Below are positions 19,910-28,589 of a DNA stretch of 64,000 bases, piece after piece (position 1 is the stretch's first letter; each line of letters starts with the position of its first letter). This DNA is from Elusimicrobiota bacterium (GTDB lineage: Bacteria > Elusimicrobiota > Elusimicrobia > UBA1565). The position numbers were made by a program, and so were the translations under genes. The notes beneath the pieces are model-generated. The model was not told where the DNA came from. It saw nothing but the letters and a program-made list of their open reading frames with translations, and did not search any database. The DNA lies in contig JACRDU010000155.1 in the NCBI GenBank assembly GCA_016218495.1, positions 1,171 to 65,170 on the forward strand, read 5' to 3'.

Positions 19910-20800
19910 TTACCTCTGCAGGACCGGCCCGGACGGATGGTTCGAGCCGTGGACCATCGGGTGGCAGTTCAGGCAGGCCTTGCCCACCGCGTAGACCGAG
20001 TTCGCCCCCAGCGTGCCGCTCTGGTGGCGTCCCTGCATGTGGCAGGATTGGCACAGGCGCGGCGGCCGCATCACCAGCAGCTTGTCGTTCGAGGAGCCGT
20101 GCGGCGTATGGCAGGTGAGGCAGTCCTCCTTGACCGGCCCGTGCTCCCAGAGCATCGGCGACTTCTTCTCGTTGTGGCAGGAGTAGCAGGTGTCGTTGAC
20201 GGACTTGCCGGCCATCAGCTTCTCGGCCTGCGAGCCGTGCGGGTTATGGCAGTCGGTGCAGGCCATCTTGCCCTGCCCGCCGTGCCTGGACGAGTCGCGC
20301 AATGGATGCTTGGAGCGCTTGAGCAGGGAGGACTTCACGTCTCCGTGGCAGGAGGCGCAGGTCTCTAGCTGGGACTCCTTGGCCAGCAGCTTCTTGCCTC
20401 CTTTATGGACCGAGTGGCAGGAAGCGCAGCCCTGTCCCTCGTGGGCGCTCCCGGACCAGAACATCCGGGCCTTGTCCCCGGCGTGGCAGGACTTGCAGGC
20501 TTCGTCGCCCTTGGCCTTCGCCGGGTTGACGATGCTGGCGAAGCCGGGGTCGTTCTTGTCGCCGCCGGCGGCGGCGTGCTTGGCGCCGGCGCCGTGGCAG
20601 GTCTCGCAGCTCTTCTCGAACGCAACGCCCTTCGCCGCGGCCATGCTTTTGGCATGCGGCGCGGTCTTGAACGCCTGCTGCTGCGCGTGGCAGCCGAGAC
20701 AGGTCTCGGCCCCCACGAACCCGTCGTCGGCCGCCGACGCTCCGGTCGCGAACGCGACGAGGACTGCCAGGGCCATCAGTGCAATTGGAGCGGTTCGCAT
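19910..20800 (-). CDS. mtrA: MtrA/DmsE-family periplasmic decaheme cytochrome c
   Basis: Ten CxxCH motifs (CLGCH, CETCH, CKSCH, CASCH, CASCH, CTDCH, CYSCH, CLTCH, CQSCH, CLNCH), WEHGPV, VHGSNHPSG; signal peptide; GAGGAGG RBS before ATG 20800. Confidence 0.93.
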   Translation of the reverse strand: MRTAPIALMALAVLVAFATGASAADDGFVGAETCLGCHAQQQAFKTAPHAKSMAAAKGVAFEKSCETCHGAGAKHAAAGGDKNDPGFASIVNPAKAKGDEACKSCHAGDKARMFWSGSAHEGQGCASCHSVHKGGKKLLAKESQLETCASCHGDVKSSLLKRSKHPLRDSSRHGGQGKMACTDCHNPHGSQAEKLMAGKSVNDTCYSCHNEKKSPMLWEHGPVKEDCLTCHTPHGSSNDKLLVMRPPRLCQSCHMQGRHQSGTLGANSVYAVGKACLNCHPMVHGSNHPSGPVLQR

Positions 20801-20837
20801 CTTGGTCGCCTCCTCACAAATCATCAACCGACGGATG

Positions 20838-20854
20838 CGCAACGCTTCCGCCGA
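20838..20854 (-). promoter_or_regulatory. Candidate sigma54 -24/-12 promoter of mtrAB
   Basis: Minus strand TCGGCGGAAGCGTTGCG gives GG-N10-GC with TTGC, just upstream of the mtrA RBS. Confidence 0.45.
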
Positions 20855-20874
20855 ATTTCCCGTCGGAGGCCGGT

Positions 20875-20917
20875 CGGGAATTATTTCCGGCGCGCCCGGG
20901 AAGAATTTCCGGCGCGC
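20875..20917. promoter_or_regulatory. Tandem palindromic regulator binding sites upstream of mtrA
   Basis: CGGGAATTATTTCCGGCGCGC (20875) and CGGGAAGAATTTCCGGCGCGC (20897): 19/21 identical, 22 bp apart, each an imperfect inverted repeat. Confidence 0.6.
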
Positions 20918-21144
20918 GGAGATTGGACGCCCTCAGGCCCGCGGCCGCGCGCCGCCGCGCCCGGGCGGCGCCGCGCGCGCCGCCCCCGGCAACGGCCCGC
21001 GGTGTTCCATGCGTGAACAGGCCCAGGGCCCAGACGGCCTTCCCTAAAGTCCGGCACCAAATCGCGGCGTTTCGGGTTATAATCAGGGCCTATGACCAAG
21101 CATAGCGCAGGGAATGGTCGACCGTTCGGCCGTAGGGAGCGACT

Positions 21145-22446
21145 ATGAAAACGATCAAGCGCGTCGTCCTCGGTCTTTTCTCCGCCGCCACGCGGCTGAC
21201 GGCATTGGCCCTGACGGGCACGATGGGCATCTTCCTTGGAGCGATGGTGCTCGAAGGCTGGAAGGAGGCGCTCGATTTCCCCGGCGTGCCCCAGGCCCTG
21301 GCCCTTTATAAGGAAGCCCAAGGGCCGCTCATCGACGCGCTGCGCGCCAAGCTCCCCCCGGTTTTCGGCGGCTTCGACGCCGCTCCCTGGATCTTCTTCG
21401 CGGGCCTGCTCGCCATGTGGGCCGTGCTGCTGGCCCAGAACGCCCGCATCAACTACCACGTCTTCCTGATGGCCCAGGAGAAGCGCAACGAGCAGCGCGC
21501 CCGGGAGCTGGAGGCGGAACGCCTCGAGCGCCAGAGGGAATATAAGGAAAGCGTGGCCCGGATGGAGCGCGAGGCGAAGGAGCGCGCCGACCGCGAGGCC
21601 GTGGAGCGGGCGCGCCGGATGGCCGAGCTCGAGATGCAGCATAAGAGCGTGGAGGCCCTGAAGGCCCGCGAGGCCCAGCGCCGCGCCGACGAGGCCCGGA
21701 TCGCCCACGAAGCCCAGCTGCGCGAGATCGAGGAGGAGCGGCTCGCCCTCGAGGCACGGCGCCAGGCCGAGGCCGAGGCCGCGCAGAAGGCCGCCGCCGA
21801 GCAGGCCATGCACGCGCCCCAGCCGCCCGCCCGCGCCCCGGAGCCCGTCACGCTCTCCGGCGGGGTCAACAAGCCGCGCTCCCGCGAGGAGCTCCTCGAG
21901 CTGATGGCGCACGCCAAGAAGCAGCTCGAGCTGCAGAAGCGCGCCCTCTCCTTCCTCTCCATCGACGTGGTCGACTCCACGGGGATGAAGGTCGGCGAGG
22001 ACCCCTCCATCGCCACCCGCGACTTCAAGCACTACCGCAAGCTGGTCGAGAAGGCCATCGCCGACCACAAGGGCCTGAAGGCGGCCTGGACGCCGGACGG
22101 CGTGATGATCTGCTTCCCCACCGCCGAGACCGCGGTCGGCGCCGCCAAGCAGGTCATCCGGGACCTCGAGGACTTCAACAAGAACGTCAAGGCGATGCGC
22201 CGGGACTTCAAGGTCCGCTGCGGCGTCAACTCCGGCACGGTGCTCTTCGACGACACCGTCCCGATGGAGGAGATGAGCGACCGCTCGATCGACATCGCCG
22301 GCCACATGCAGAAATACGCCGAGGCGAACGCCATCTTCCTGGGCAAGCACGTGGTCGCGGAGATGCGGGCCGCCGACGAGTTCGTGCCGGCGTCCCGCGA
22401 AGTGGACGGCTGCGAAGTCTACGCCTGGCGTTCCCAGAACAACTAG
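21145..22446 (+). CDS. Membrane protein with coiled coil and divergent class III nucleotide-cyclase domain
   Basis: Two TM segments, E/R/A coiled coil, then LSIDVVDSTG, WTPDGVMICF, VRCGVNSGTV. Confidence 0.75.
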   Translation: MKTIKRVVLGLFSAATRLTALALTGTMGIFLGAMVLEGWKEALDFPGVPQALALYKEAQGPLIDALRAKLPPVFGGFDAAPWIFFAGLLAMWAVLLAQNARINYHVFLMAQEKRNEQRARELEAERLERQREYKESVARMEREAKERADREAVERARRMAELEMQHKSVEALKAREAQRRADEARIAHEAQLREIEEERLALEARRQAEAEAAQKAAAEQAMHAPQPPARAPEPVTLSGGVNKPRSREELLELMAHAKKQLELQKRALSFLSIDVVDSTGMKVGEDPSIATRDFKHYRKLVEKAIADHKGLKAAWTPDGVMICFPTAETAVGAAKQVIRDLEDFNKNVKAMRRDFKVRCGVNSGTVLFDDTVPMEEMSDRSIDIAGHMQKYAEANAIFLGKHVVAEMRAADEFVPASREVDGCEVYAWRSQNN

Positions 22447-22553
22447 CAAAGGGCCCAGGAAGAATATTGACCGCCGTCATAGGGCGTGGCGGCGTCGTGC
22501 GGTATCGTATAATGGTGCCGGCCACCCAAGAAGCCCGTCCGGGAGCCCTGACC

Positions 22554-23996
22554 ATGGACCCCCACACCCGAGCCGTCCTCGATTTGGCCGTCACCGTCGG
22601 CGGCATGGGCGCCGAGATCTCCAGCGTCGAGCTCGTCACCGCGGTGGCCAACCACCCCAGCAAGCGCATGTCGGGGAACCTCTCGTCGGTGGCTTTGGCC
22701 GACGTGTACGCCAGGCGCCTGCAGCTCGGCGACGCCGACGGAGCCATCAAGAAGGCTTTCACCGCCTTTGCCCAGAAGGTGCCGTCCCTGCGTGCTGATG
22801 TGGAGCGCCTCTATGCCGCCTACCACATCCCCGGCGGGAAGGCCCCCGACGCCGATTTTAAAGCCGTGCCGCTCGGCGGCATGCAGCCGCCGCGCGACGT
22901 CCAGATCCTGACCATCGTCGCCACCTTCGCCCATGTCTGGCGCGCCAAGCAGGGCGCTCCGGGGCGGCCCATAGGCATCAACTTCCTGCGCAAGATCGAG
23001 CACGGCCTCATCTTCGGCCTTTATGGCGCCGTCCTTGCCGAGGTGGATTGGGTCGTGATGGGCGCCGGTGACCCGTCGGCCATTCCGGCCCTTCTGACCA
23101 AGCTCGCGCGCCACGAGCCGGTGGAGCTCCCGATCCATGTCGCCACCGTCCCGCTGGGGCAATACAAGGTTGCGCTCACCCCCCGCGACCTGGCGGGCAG
23201 CGACCTGCCCCCCATGCGGCGCCCCCTCTTCTTCGCCATCCTGAGCTCGCACCTGCAGGCCCAGGGACTGGCCGCCAACCCCGTCACGAGGCCGGACGGC
23301 TTCGTCATGGAAGCCCCCATCGCGGGCGGGCACAACGCTCCGCCGCAGAAGAAGGTCAAAGACGAGCGCGGATATTACATCTACGGCCCGGAAGACGAAG
23401 CGGACATCGACGCGGTGGCCGCCCTGGGTCTGCCCTTCTGGGTCGCGGGCGGACGCGGGAAGCCCGCCAAGCTCGAGACGAGCGACGGCCCGCTTCGCGG
23501 CCGGCAGATCGGCACCCTTTTCGCGTTGAGCGCCGAGTCGGGGATGGCCCCTGAAATCCGCAAGAAGGTCCTCACCCTCATCTGGCAGCAGAAGCTCGAT
23601 GTCGTCAACGACGGGGCCGCCTCGCCCAGCTCCTATCCTTTCAAGGTCGCCCTGATGCCCGGCACGGTGGCCGACCCCGCCGTCTACGGCGAGCGCGAGC
23701 GCATCTGCAACATCGGCCACCTGCGCGGCTGGCGCCCCAAGAACGGCGTCGTCATCGGCGCCTGCCCGGCCGACGACGAGGACCGCTACACCGGCTCCGG
23801 CGGGGCCGCCTGGCGGATGAAGGGCGCTATGTGCCTGTGCAACGGCCTGCTGGCCACCTGCGGGCTGGGCCAGCCCGGGGAAGCCCCCCTCGTGACGCTC
23901 GGCGACATCGCCCCGGTCCGCGAGCTGCAGCGCCACCTGCGCCGCATCGAATACACGGCGGCGGAAGCCGCCGCCTGGCTCATCGGCGAGCTTTAA
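22554..23996 (+). CDS. Nitronate monooxygenase / 2-nitropropane dioxygenase-like flavoenzyme
   Basis: VGGMG, PIGINFLRK, VMGAG, DGFVMEAPIAGGHNAPP, PFWVAGG, QIGTLFA, MCLCNGL. ATG 22554 has a GGGAG RBS; alternative start 22512. Confidence 0.8.
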   Translation: MDPHTRAVLDLAVTVGGMGAEISSVELVTAVANHPSKRMSGNLSSVALADVYARRLQLGDADGAIKKAFTAFAQKVPSLRADVERLYAAYHIPGGKAPDADFKAVPLGGMQPPRDVQILTIVATFAHVWRAKQGAPGRPIGINFLRKIEHGLIFGLYGAVLAEVDWVVMGAGDPSAIPALLTKLARHEPVELPIHVATVPLGQYKVALTPRDLAGSDLPPMRRPLFFAILSSHLQAQGLAANPVTRPDGFVMEAPIAGGHNAPPQKKVKDERGYYIYGPEDEADIDAVAALGLPFWVAGGRGKPAKLETSDGPLRGRQIGTLFALSAESGMAPEIRKKVLTLIWQQKLDVVNDGAASPSSYPFKVALMPGTVADPAVYGERERICNIGHLRGWRPKNGVVIGACPADDEDRYTGSGGAAWRMKGAMCLCNGLLATCGLGQPGEAPLVTLGDIAPVRELQRHLRRIEYTAAEAAAWLIGEL

Positions 23997-24876
23997 GGAC
24001 GCAGACCCCTCGGGTCTCGCCCGCTCCCAGCCGCTTCACGAACGCGTTGTAGCGCGCCTTCACGACGCAGGGCCCCGTCCCGGACTGGTCCGTCAACCGC
24101 ATCGCGAATGCCTCGGCGATGGGGAACATCGTGATGAGGCGCGGCCGCCCGGCCGCGGATTCCGAGGCCGAGTAGACGAGGAGGTGGGTGTCCGGCACGG
24201 CGGGATGCGGGAAACGGACGACGTCGGTGCGCAGCGCCGCCCCGGCCGCCCGTTCCTCCAGCCGCGTGACCTCGAGCGTGCCGTAATCGTAGTCGGCGAG
24301 GGCCTTGGCCGTCGCGCCTCCCGCCTCCTTCAGCGCCGCCAGGCTCGGCTCGTCGTCGCGCAGCGCGATGCGCCCGGCCAACATCGTGGCGTTGGCAAAG
24401 AGCGTGCCCTCCTTGGGCGCGGGCCCGAGCGTCCCCTCCGGAAGGCCGAGGCCCCGCTCCAATTCCCCCGACACCCAGCGCGCGCGCTTGAACCCATAGG
24501 GCGTCTTGAGCGTGCTCAGCACGTAGCCGTAGGTATGCTCGAGCCCGGCGTGGGCCCGGCCTCCGCTCGACGGCGCGCCGAAGGCGCCTTCAAGGACGGC
24601 CAGCACCCCTTCCGGAACGATGGTCGATTTCGCCAGCTCGTCGAAGTTGATGCTCTCGCCCCACAGGGCCTTGAGGCCTTCCCGCGCCCGGTCGGCCCTC
24701 AGCTGCCTTGCCACGCCCGGGAGCAGCTCTTCGAGCAGCGGAGCCAGGGCGCGCCCCTCCTCCTGCGCGCGCGCGAGCTCGCGCGCCGCACCGGCATAGG
24801 GGCAGTCCAGCGGGGTCTCCCCGGAGGGGACATCAGGACAGACGGCGACCGAGGCGGCGAGCAGGAGGGCGAACAT
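23980..24876 (-). CDS. Hypothetical exported protein
   Basis: 298-aa ORF with normal composition, short hydrophobic N-terminus, conserved-looking HAGLEHTYGY; -10 box 6 nt before the ATG. Confidence 0.7.
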   Translation of the reverse strand: MFALLLAASVAVCPDVPSGETPLDCPYAGAARELARAQEEGRALAPLLEELLPGVARQLRADRAREGLKALWGESINFDELAKSTIVPEGVLAVLEGAFGAPSSGGRAHAGLEHTYGYVLSTLKTPYGFKRARWVSGELERGLGLPEGTLGPAPKEGTLFANATMLAGRIALRDDEPSLAALKEAGGATAKALADYDYGTLEVTRLEERAAGAALRTDVVRFPHPAVPDTHLLVYSASESAAGRPRLITMFPIAEAFAMRLTDQSGTGPCVVKARYNAFVKRLGAGETRGVCVLKARR

Positions 24877-24905
24877 GCCCCTATCGTATCACGCCGGGCG
24901 GAGCG

Positions 24906-26036
24906 TCAGCGGGCGGCGAGGAGGGCCGTCTGATGGGATTCGAGCGCGGCCACCATCTCGTCGGTGCCGCCGACGCGGCCCACGCCGCGGCCGAGGAAGG
25001 TGTAGCGTACGCCGTTGGAGACGCCGCCCGAGACGCCGCTGGGGTTGATGCCCAGCTGCCTGGCCAGCGCCATGGAGCCTTCGCCGAAACGGTGGGCCGG
25101 CCCCTTGTCGCCGACGACGGCCAGCACGGAACGGCCGCCGTATTCGACGACGACGAGGTCGCCGAGCTTGGCCATGTTGCTCTTGAGCGGCACGACGACA
25201 TAGGGGACCCGGGTCGGGTCCAGCGAGCGTCCGTTGGCGTAGCGCATCGAGGTGCCTGATTGGCGGTAGGGGTCGCGGCGCGCCATGCGCGCCAGCTCCG
25301 GGTCCGCGTCGGAGAGGGCGCCGTCGGTGTCGATGGTCATCCCGGCGGTGCGGGTGACGACGCTCCCGCCCTGGTAGGCTCGCGCGGCGGCTCCGAGCAG
25401 GTTCGCGGAGCCGGAGGCGGCGGGCAGCGGCGGTTCGGTGGCGGGACGGGTGAAGGAAGGAGGCATGGAGGCTCGGGGACGAGGGTCGGCGCGAGGTGTG
25501 GGGACGGCGCCCGACGCCAGCCCGGCCGCCGACGGGGCCTCGGCACCGGGGTCGCGGTCCTTAGAGGAGTCGAAAAAGCGGCCCTGGAGCCCCGCGTCCG
25601 AAGGGGCTTTGCGGACAGCGTCGGGGACCGCCTCGACGGCCTTCTTGCCTTCCTTCGCCAGGCGGCTCTCCCCTTCCTTCTCAAGGGCGACCCTGTCGCC
25701 GAACTTCTTGAAAATCTTCTCGAGGCGGCGCCGGCAGTCCGCGACGCCCTTGGAGCCCTTCCCCCTCTTCCATGTGATGGCGGCGGACCCGTCCTCCTTC
25801 TCGTCCACCTCCGCCCGGCCCTGGAGGAGGCTGTCCGCGCGGGCCGCGTCCGAGGACTCCCCGCGCTCCTCGCGCACGGCCCTCTCCTCGGCCGAGAGCG
25901 GGGCGAGCTCGAGGTCCACGGTCGGGCTGATGCAGGCCCTCGCTATGGCCTGCGCGTCGAAACCCTGCGCCGCGGCGGCCGAAGCGGCGACGCTCAGGAT
26001 GAGTGCTACCGCGGGAAGGAGGTTGGTGACGCTCAT
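24906..26036 (-). CDS. Secreted protein with C-terminal GH75 chitosanase-like domain
   Basis: Signal peptide; C-terminal MTIDTDGA...TS...LDPTRVPYVVVP...LGDLVVV...AVVGDKGP...GEGSMALARQLG resembles GH75. Confidence 0.72.
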   Translation of the reverse strand: MSVTNLLPAVALILSVAASAAAAQGFDAQAIARACISPTVDLELAPLSAEERAVREERGESSDAARADSLLQGRAEVDEKEDGSAAITWKRGKGSKGVADCRRRLEKIFKKFGDRVALEKEGESRLAKEGKKAVEAVPDAVRKAPSDAGLQGRFFDSSKDRDPGAEAPSAAGLASGAVPTPRADPRPRASMPPSFTRPATEPPLPAASGSANLLGAAARAYQGGSVVTRTAGMTIDTDGALSDADPELARMARRDPYRQSGTSMRYANGRSLDPTRVPYVVVPLKSNMAKLGDLVVVEYGGRSVLAVVGDKGPAHRFGEGSMALARQLGINPSGVSGGVSNGVRYTFLGRGVGRVGGTDEMVAALESHQTALLAAR

Positions 26037-26144
26037 GCCCTGGTTATAGGTCCCGAAAGGCCCGGGGGCCAGAACCTATGGGCCTAGGCCTTTCTAGGCC
26101 CTTTGGACCTGCCGCCGTTCGGAACGCCTGGGCATCCTTGACCT

Positions 26145-27902
26145 ATGAAGCGCTTCGCCTGGGCCCTGCTCCTGGTCAGCCTGGCCTCCGGCGCCGGCCG
26201 CTGCGAAGAAGCCAAGAAGCCGCCGCAGAACGAGCCCGGGAAGGCTTTCAACACCCGCCTCGAACCCAAGCTGACCAAGGACGAGCTGGCCTATATCATG
26301 TCGGAGGCCTCGGGAGGGGTCTACCGCCTCTCCGACGACGGCGGAAGCATCGCGAACTTCACCCCGGATTCCGAGTACGGCCCGGTGCTGAAGTTCGAGG
26401 ACGTCGCCACGCTCATCCAGGCCCACGCGGAAAAGGCCGCGGCCCTGGCCCGCGAGCGCCTGGCCGAAGCGAAGAGGACGGGACGCCCCCCGGTCTTTTC
26501 GGAGGCCGAGAAACGCCTGGCCCAGGACGTCCGGCGCAACCGCCACATGTTCCTCTCCGCCGAGGAGATGGCCGTCCTCGACGAGGCCTTCGGCTATCGC
26601 TACGGCAGGATCCCGGCCGCCGCCCCTTCCGCCGATTTCGACCGCGCCCCCGGAGCCCCCGGCGCTACCCTGCCCCCGGCGGCCGTGCGGGCGGCCCCCG
26701 GCAGGGCCGAGCGGGCCTCCGACCCGGCCCCGTCCGACCCCGAGGCCCGGAAGCTCTACGAGAAAGTCGTGGAGAACGTCTCCTTCTCAGGAACCCCCGA
26801 AGAACAGGCCGCGCTGAAGGCCATGCTGGGCAAGGTGCTCGAGACCGATTCCGGGCGCCGGTTCGCCGCGGATTTCCTCAACGGGAGCAACCCCGGCGAG
26901 GCTCTCATCGAATTCGAGGACATCCCCAAGTCCAAGGTCATCGACTGGAACGGCAAGAAGATCTTCACCGGCTCGGGCGGACACGCCCACACCTCCGACA
27001 CGCCCATCCGCATCCACCTCAACCGGAACTACCTGGCCATCGACGACGGCACCCGCGACGGGGCCTCCACCCTCGCCCACGAATTCCTCGGACACTCGCG
27101 CCAGGCTCTCAAGGCCCGCCGCGCCGGCGTGGACGGCGCCCTCCACCTCTGGGACCAGGACGAACCCAACGCCGGTGCCGTCGGCTGGACCGCCGGCATG
27201 GAGATGGGCCTGCCCGCCACCGAAGGCTGGATGTGGACCTGGATCGGCGACCCGGCCGGCTACCCCGCCGCCCTCAAGACCAACCAGGCGTATTACGCCG
27301 GGACCTTCAGCCTCGACGAGATGCGCCGCCGCCGCACGGACGGGACTTCGGCCGTCCCCGGCATCCTCGAGACCCGCCTCCAGAACGCCTGGAAGGAGCT
27401 CCAGCAGCAAGACGAGAACGAGCGCTCCTGGAAGCGCTGGGAGCGCGCCTACTCCTTCTTCTCCTCGCAGCCCGAGTACAAGGGCAACCCCGAACGGCTC
27501 GAGGGAATCCGCCGCCGCATCGACGGCCAACTGACCGGCTATATTCCGTCCCGGCGGGGCAACCTCGAGGGCATCGTGAGCTACCTGGGCGGGCAGGCGA
27601 CGCTGGACGCCCTGCGCGGCGGAAAGGATCCGGACACCCGCGGCGGGCTCATCGCCCATTACTCCTCCGCCCAAGGCCAGAAGACCCTGGAGGCCACCGC
27701 CACTGCGGCGGATTCCCCCCTATTCAGGACCATCGAGGCGGAGAATACCTGGATGCACGGCCGCCTCACCAAGCTCACCGCGGGCCGCGACCCTTCCTCC
27801 GAGGCCCCCAAGCCCCCCGCCGAATGGGTCACCTGGGAGGAATTCGCGCAGATGGTCCGGAAGCAGAAGGCCAAGGACCCGAAGTTCATGGACGGTCCGT
27901 GA
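26145..27902 (+). CDS. Secreted putative zinc metalloprotease-like protein
   Basis: Signal peptide; TLAHEFLGH followed by downstream DEPNA (zincin-like HExxxH...E arrangement). Confidence 0.6.
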   Translation: MKRFAWALLLVSLASGAGRCEEAKKPPQNEPGKAFNTRLEPKLTKDELAYIMSEASGGVYRLSDDGGSIANFTPDSEYGPVLKFEDVATLIQAHAEKAAALARERLAEAKRTGRPPVFSEAEKRLAQDVRRNRHMFLSAEEMAVLDEAFGYRYGRIPAAAPSADFDRAPGAPGATLPPAAVRAAPGRAERASDPAPSDPEARKLYEKVVENVSFSGTPEEQAALKAMLGKVLETDSGRRFAADFLNGSNPGEALIEFEDIPKSKVIDWNGKKIFTGSGGHAHTSDTPIRIHLNRNYLAIDDGTRDGASTLAHEFLGHSRQALKARRAGVDGALHLWDQDEPNAGAVGWTAGMEMGLPATEGWMWTWIGDPAGYPAALKTNQAYYAGTFSLDEMRRRRTDGTSAVPGILETRLQNAWKELQQQDENERSWKRWERAYSFFSSQPEYKGNPERLEGIRRRIDGQLTGYIPSRRGNLEGIVSYLGGQATLDALRGGKDPDTRGGLIAHYSSAQGQKTLEATATAADSPLFRTIEAENTWMHGRLTKLTAGRDPSSEAPKPPAEWVTWEEFAQMVRKQKAKDPKFMDGP

Positions 27903-28435
27903 AAGCCGCGCCCGCCCTCTTCGGCCTGCTGCTCCTGGGAACCCCCGTCCAATCGGCCCAGAAGACCATGAACGCCAGCGACCCCGTCTCAGCTGCGGCC
28001 CGCTTCCAAAGCCCCGCCGGCTGGCAGCGCGACACCGGCTCCTTCGGCGTCGACCATTTCGTCACCTTCTCCAAAGGCTCGCTGCGCCTGCGCGTCCAGC
28101 TGCTCGGAGAGAAGGGCTCCCGCTACGCCGCGCCCACCGCCTTCCTGGCCGGACCGGAGGCGAAAGGGAAAGACGGGAAGCCGCCTGCCGGCAGCCTCAT
28201 CAAGGCGGGCAAGCGGACGTTCCGAGTCTACACCCGCTCCAGCGAGGCGGAAATCGGCCCGCAGGGGATGGGCGCGCCGGGGATGCTCCGTATCGTCGAC
28301 GAAGCCTTCGCCGTCATCCCCGTCGGCAAACGCTTCTTCGTCCTTTCCCTCACAAGGACCCTCGAAGTCCCCCCCGAATCCCCCCTAGACCAAGCCCCTT
28401 TCCTTGCCCTCCTCTCCTCCTTCCACCCGAAGTAA
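27899..28435 (+). CDS. Small secreted hypothetical protein (PsbP/DcrB-like fold suspected)
   Basis: GTG overlaps the upstream TGA; signal peptide; RFQSPAGW and C-terminal FLALLSSF pattern. Confidence 0.65.
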   Translation: MKAAPALFGLLLLGTPVQSAQKTMNASDPVSAAARFQSPAGWQRDTGSFGVDHFVTFSKGSLRLRVQLLGEKGSRYAAPTAFLAGPEAKGKDGKPPAGSLIKAGKRTFRVYTRSSEAEIGPQGMGAPGMLRIVDEAFAVIPVGKRFFVLSLTRTLEVPPESPLDQAPFLALLSSFHPK

Positions 28436-28438
28436 ACC

Positions 28439-28500
28439 GGTGTCAGACATTCGGAAATTACGAAAGCGCGAGCTTTCGAAATTTCCGAATGTCTGACACC
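28439..28500. repeat. 62-bp near-perfect inverted repeat (REP/REPIN- or MITE-like hairpin)
   Basis: GGTGTCAGACATTCGGAAATTACGAAAGC-GCGA-GCTTTCGAAATTTCCGAATGTCTGACACC: 29-bp arms, one mismatch, GNRA loop. Confidence 0.85.
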
Positions 28501-28589
28501 ATGGGCCCAGGCAAAGCGGGACCTTTATCCGGCGTAGGCTAGGCCCGCCGCTCCTCGACGGAGCGGCCCGCCCCCGGTATCCTAGCAGC

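Noticed and set aside
22467-22513. TTGACC...TATAAT as a sigma70 promoter for the nitronate monooxygenase-like gene
   Set aside because: The two hexamers are 35 nt apart, not 16-18; only the -10 box is plausible.
28439-28500. Hairpin as a CRISPR repeat, tRNA or attC site
   Set aside because: Single copy, no cas or integrase gene nearby, and no cloverleaf.
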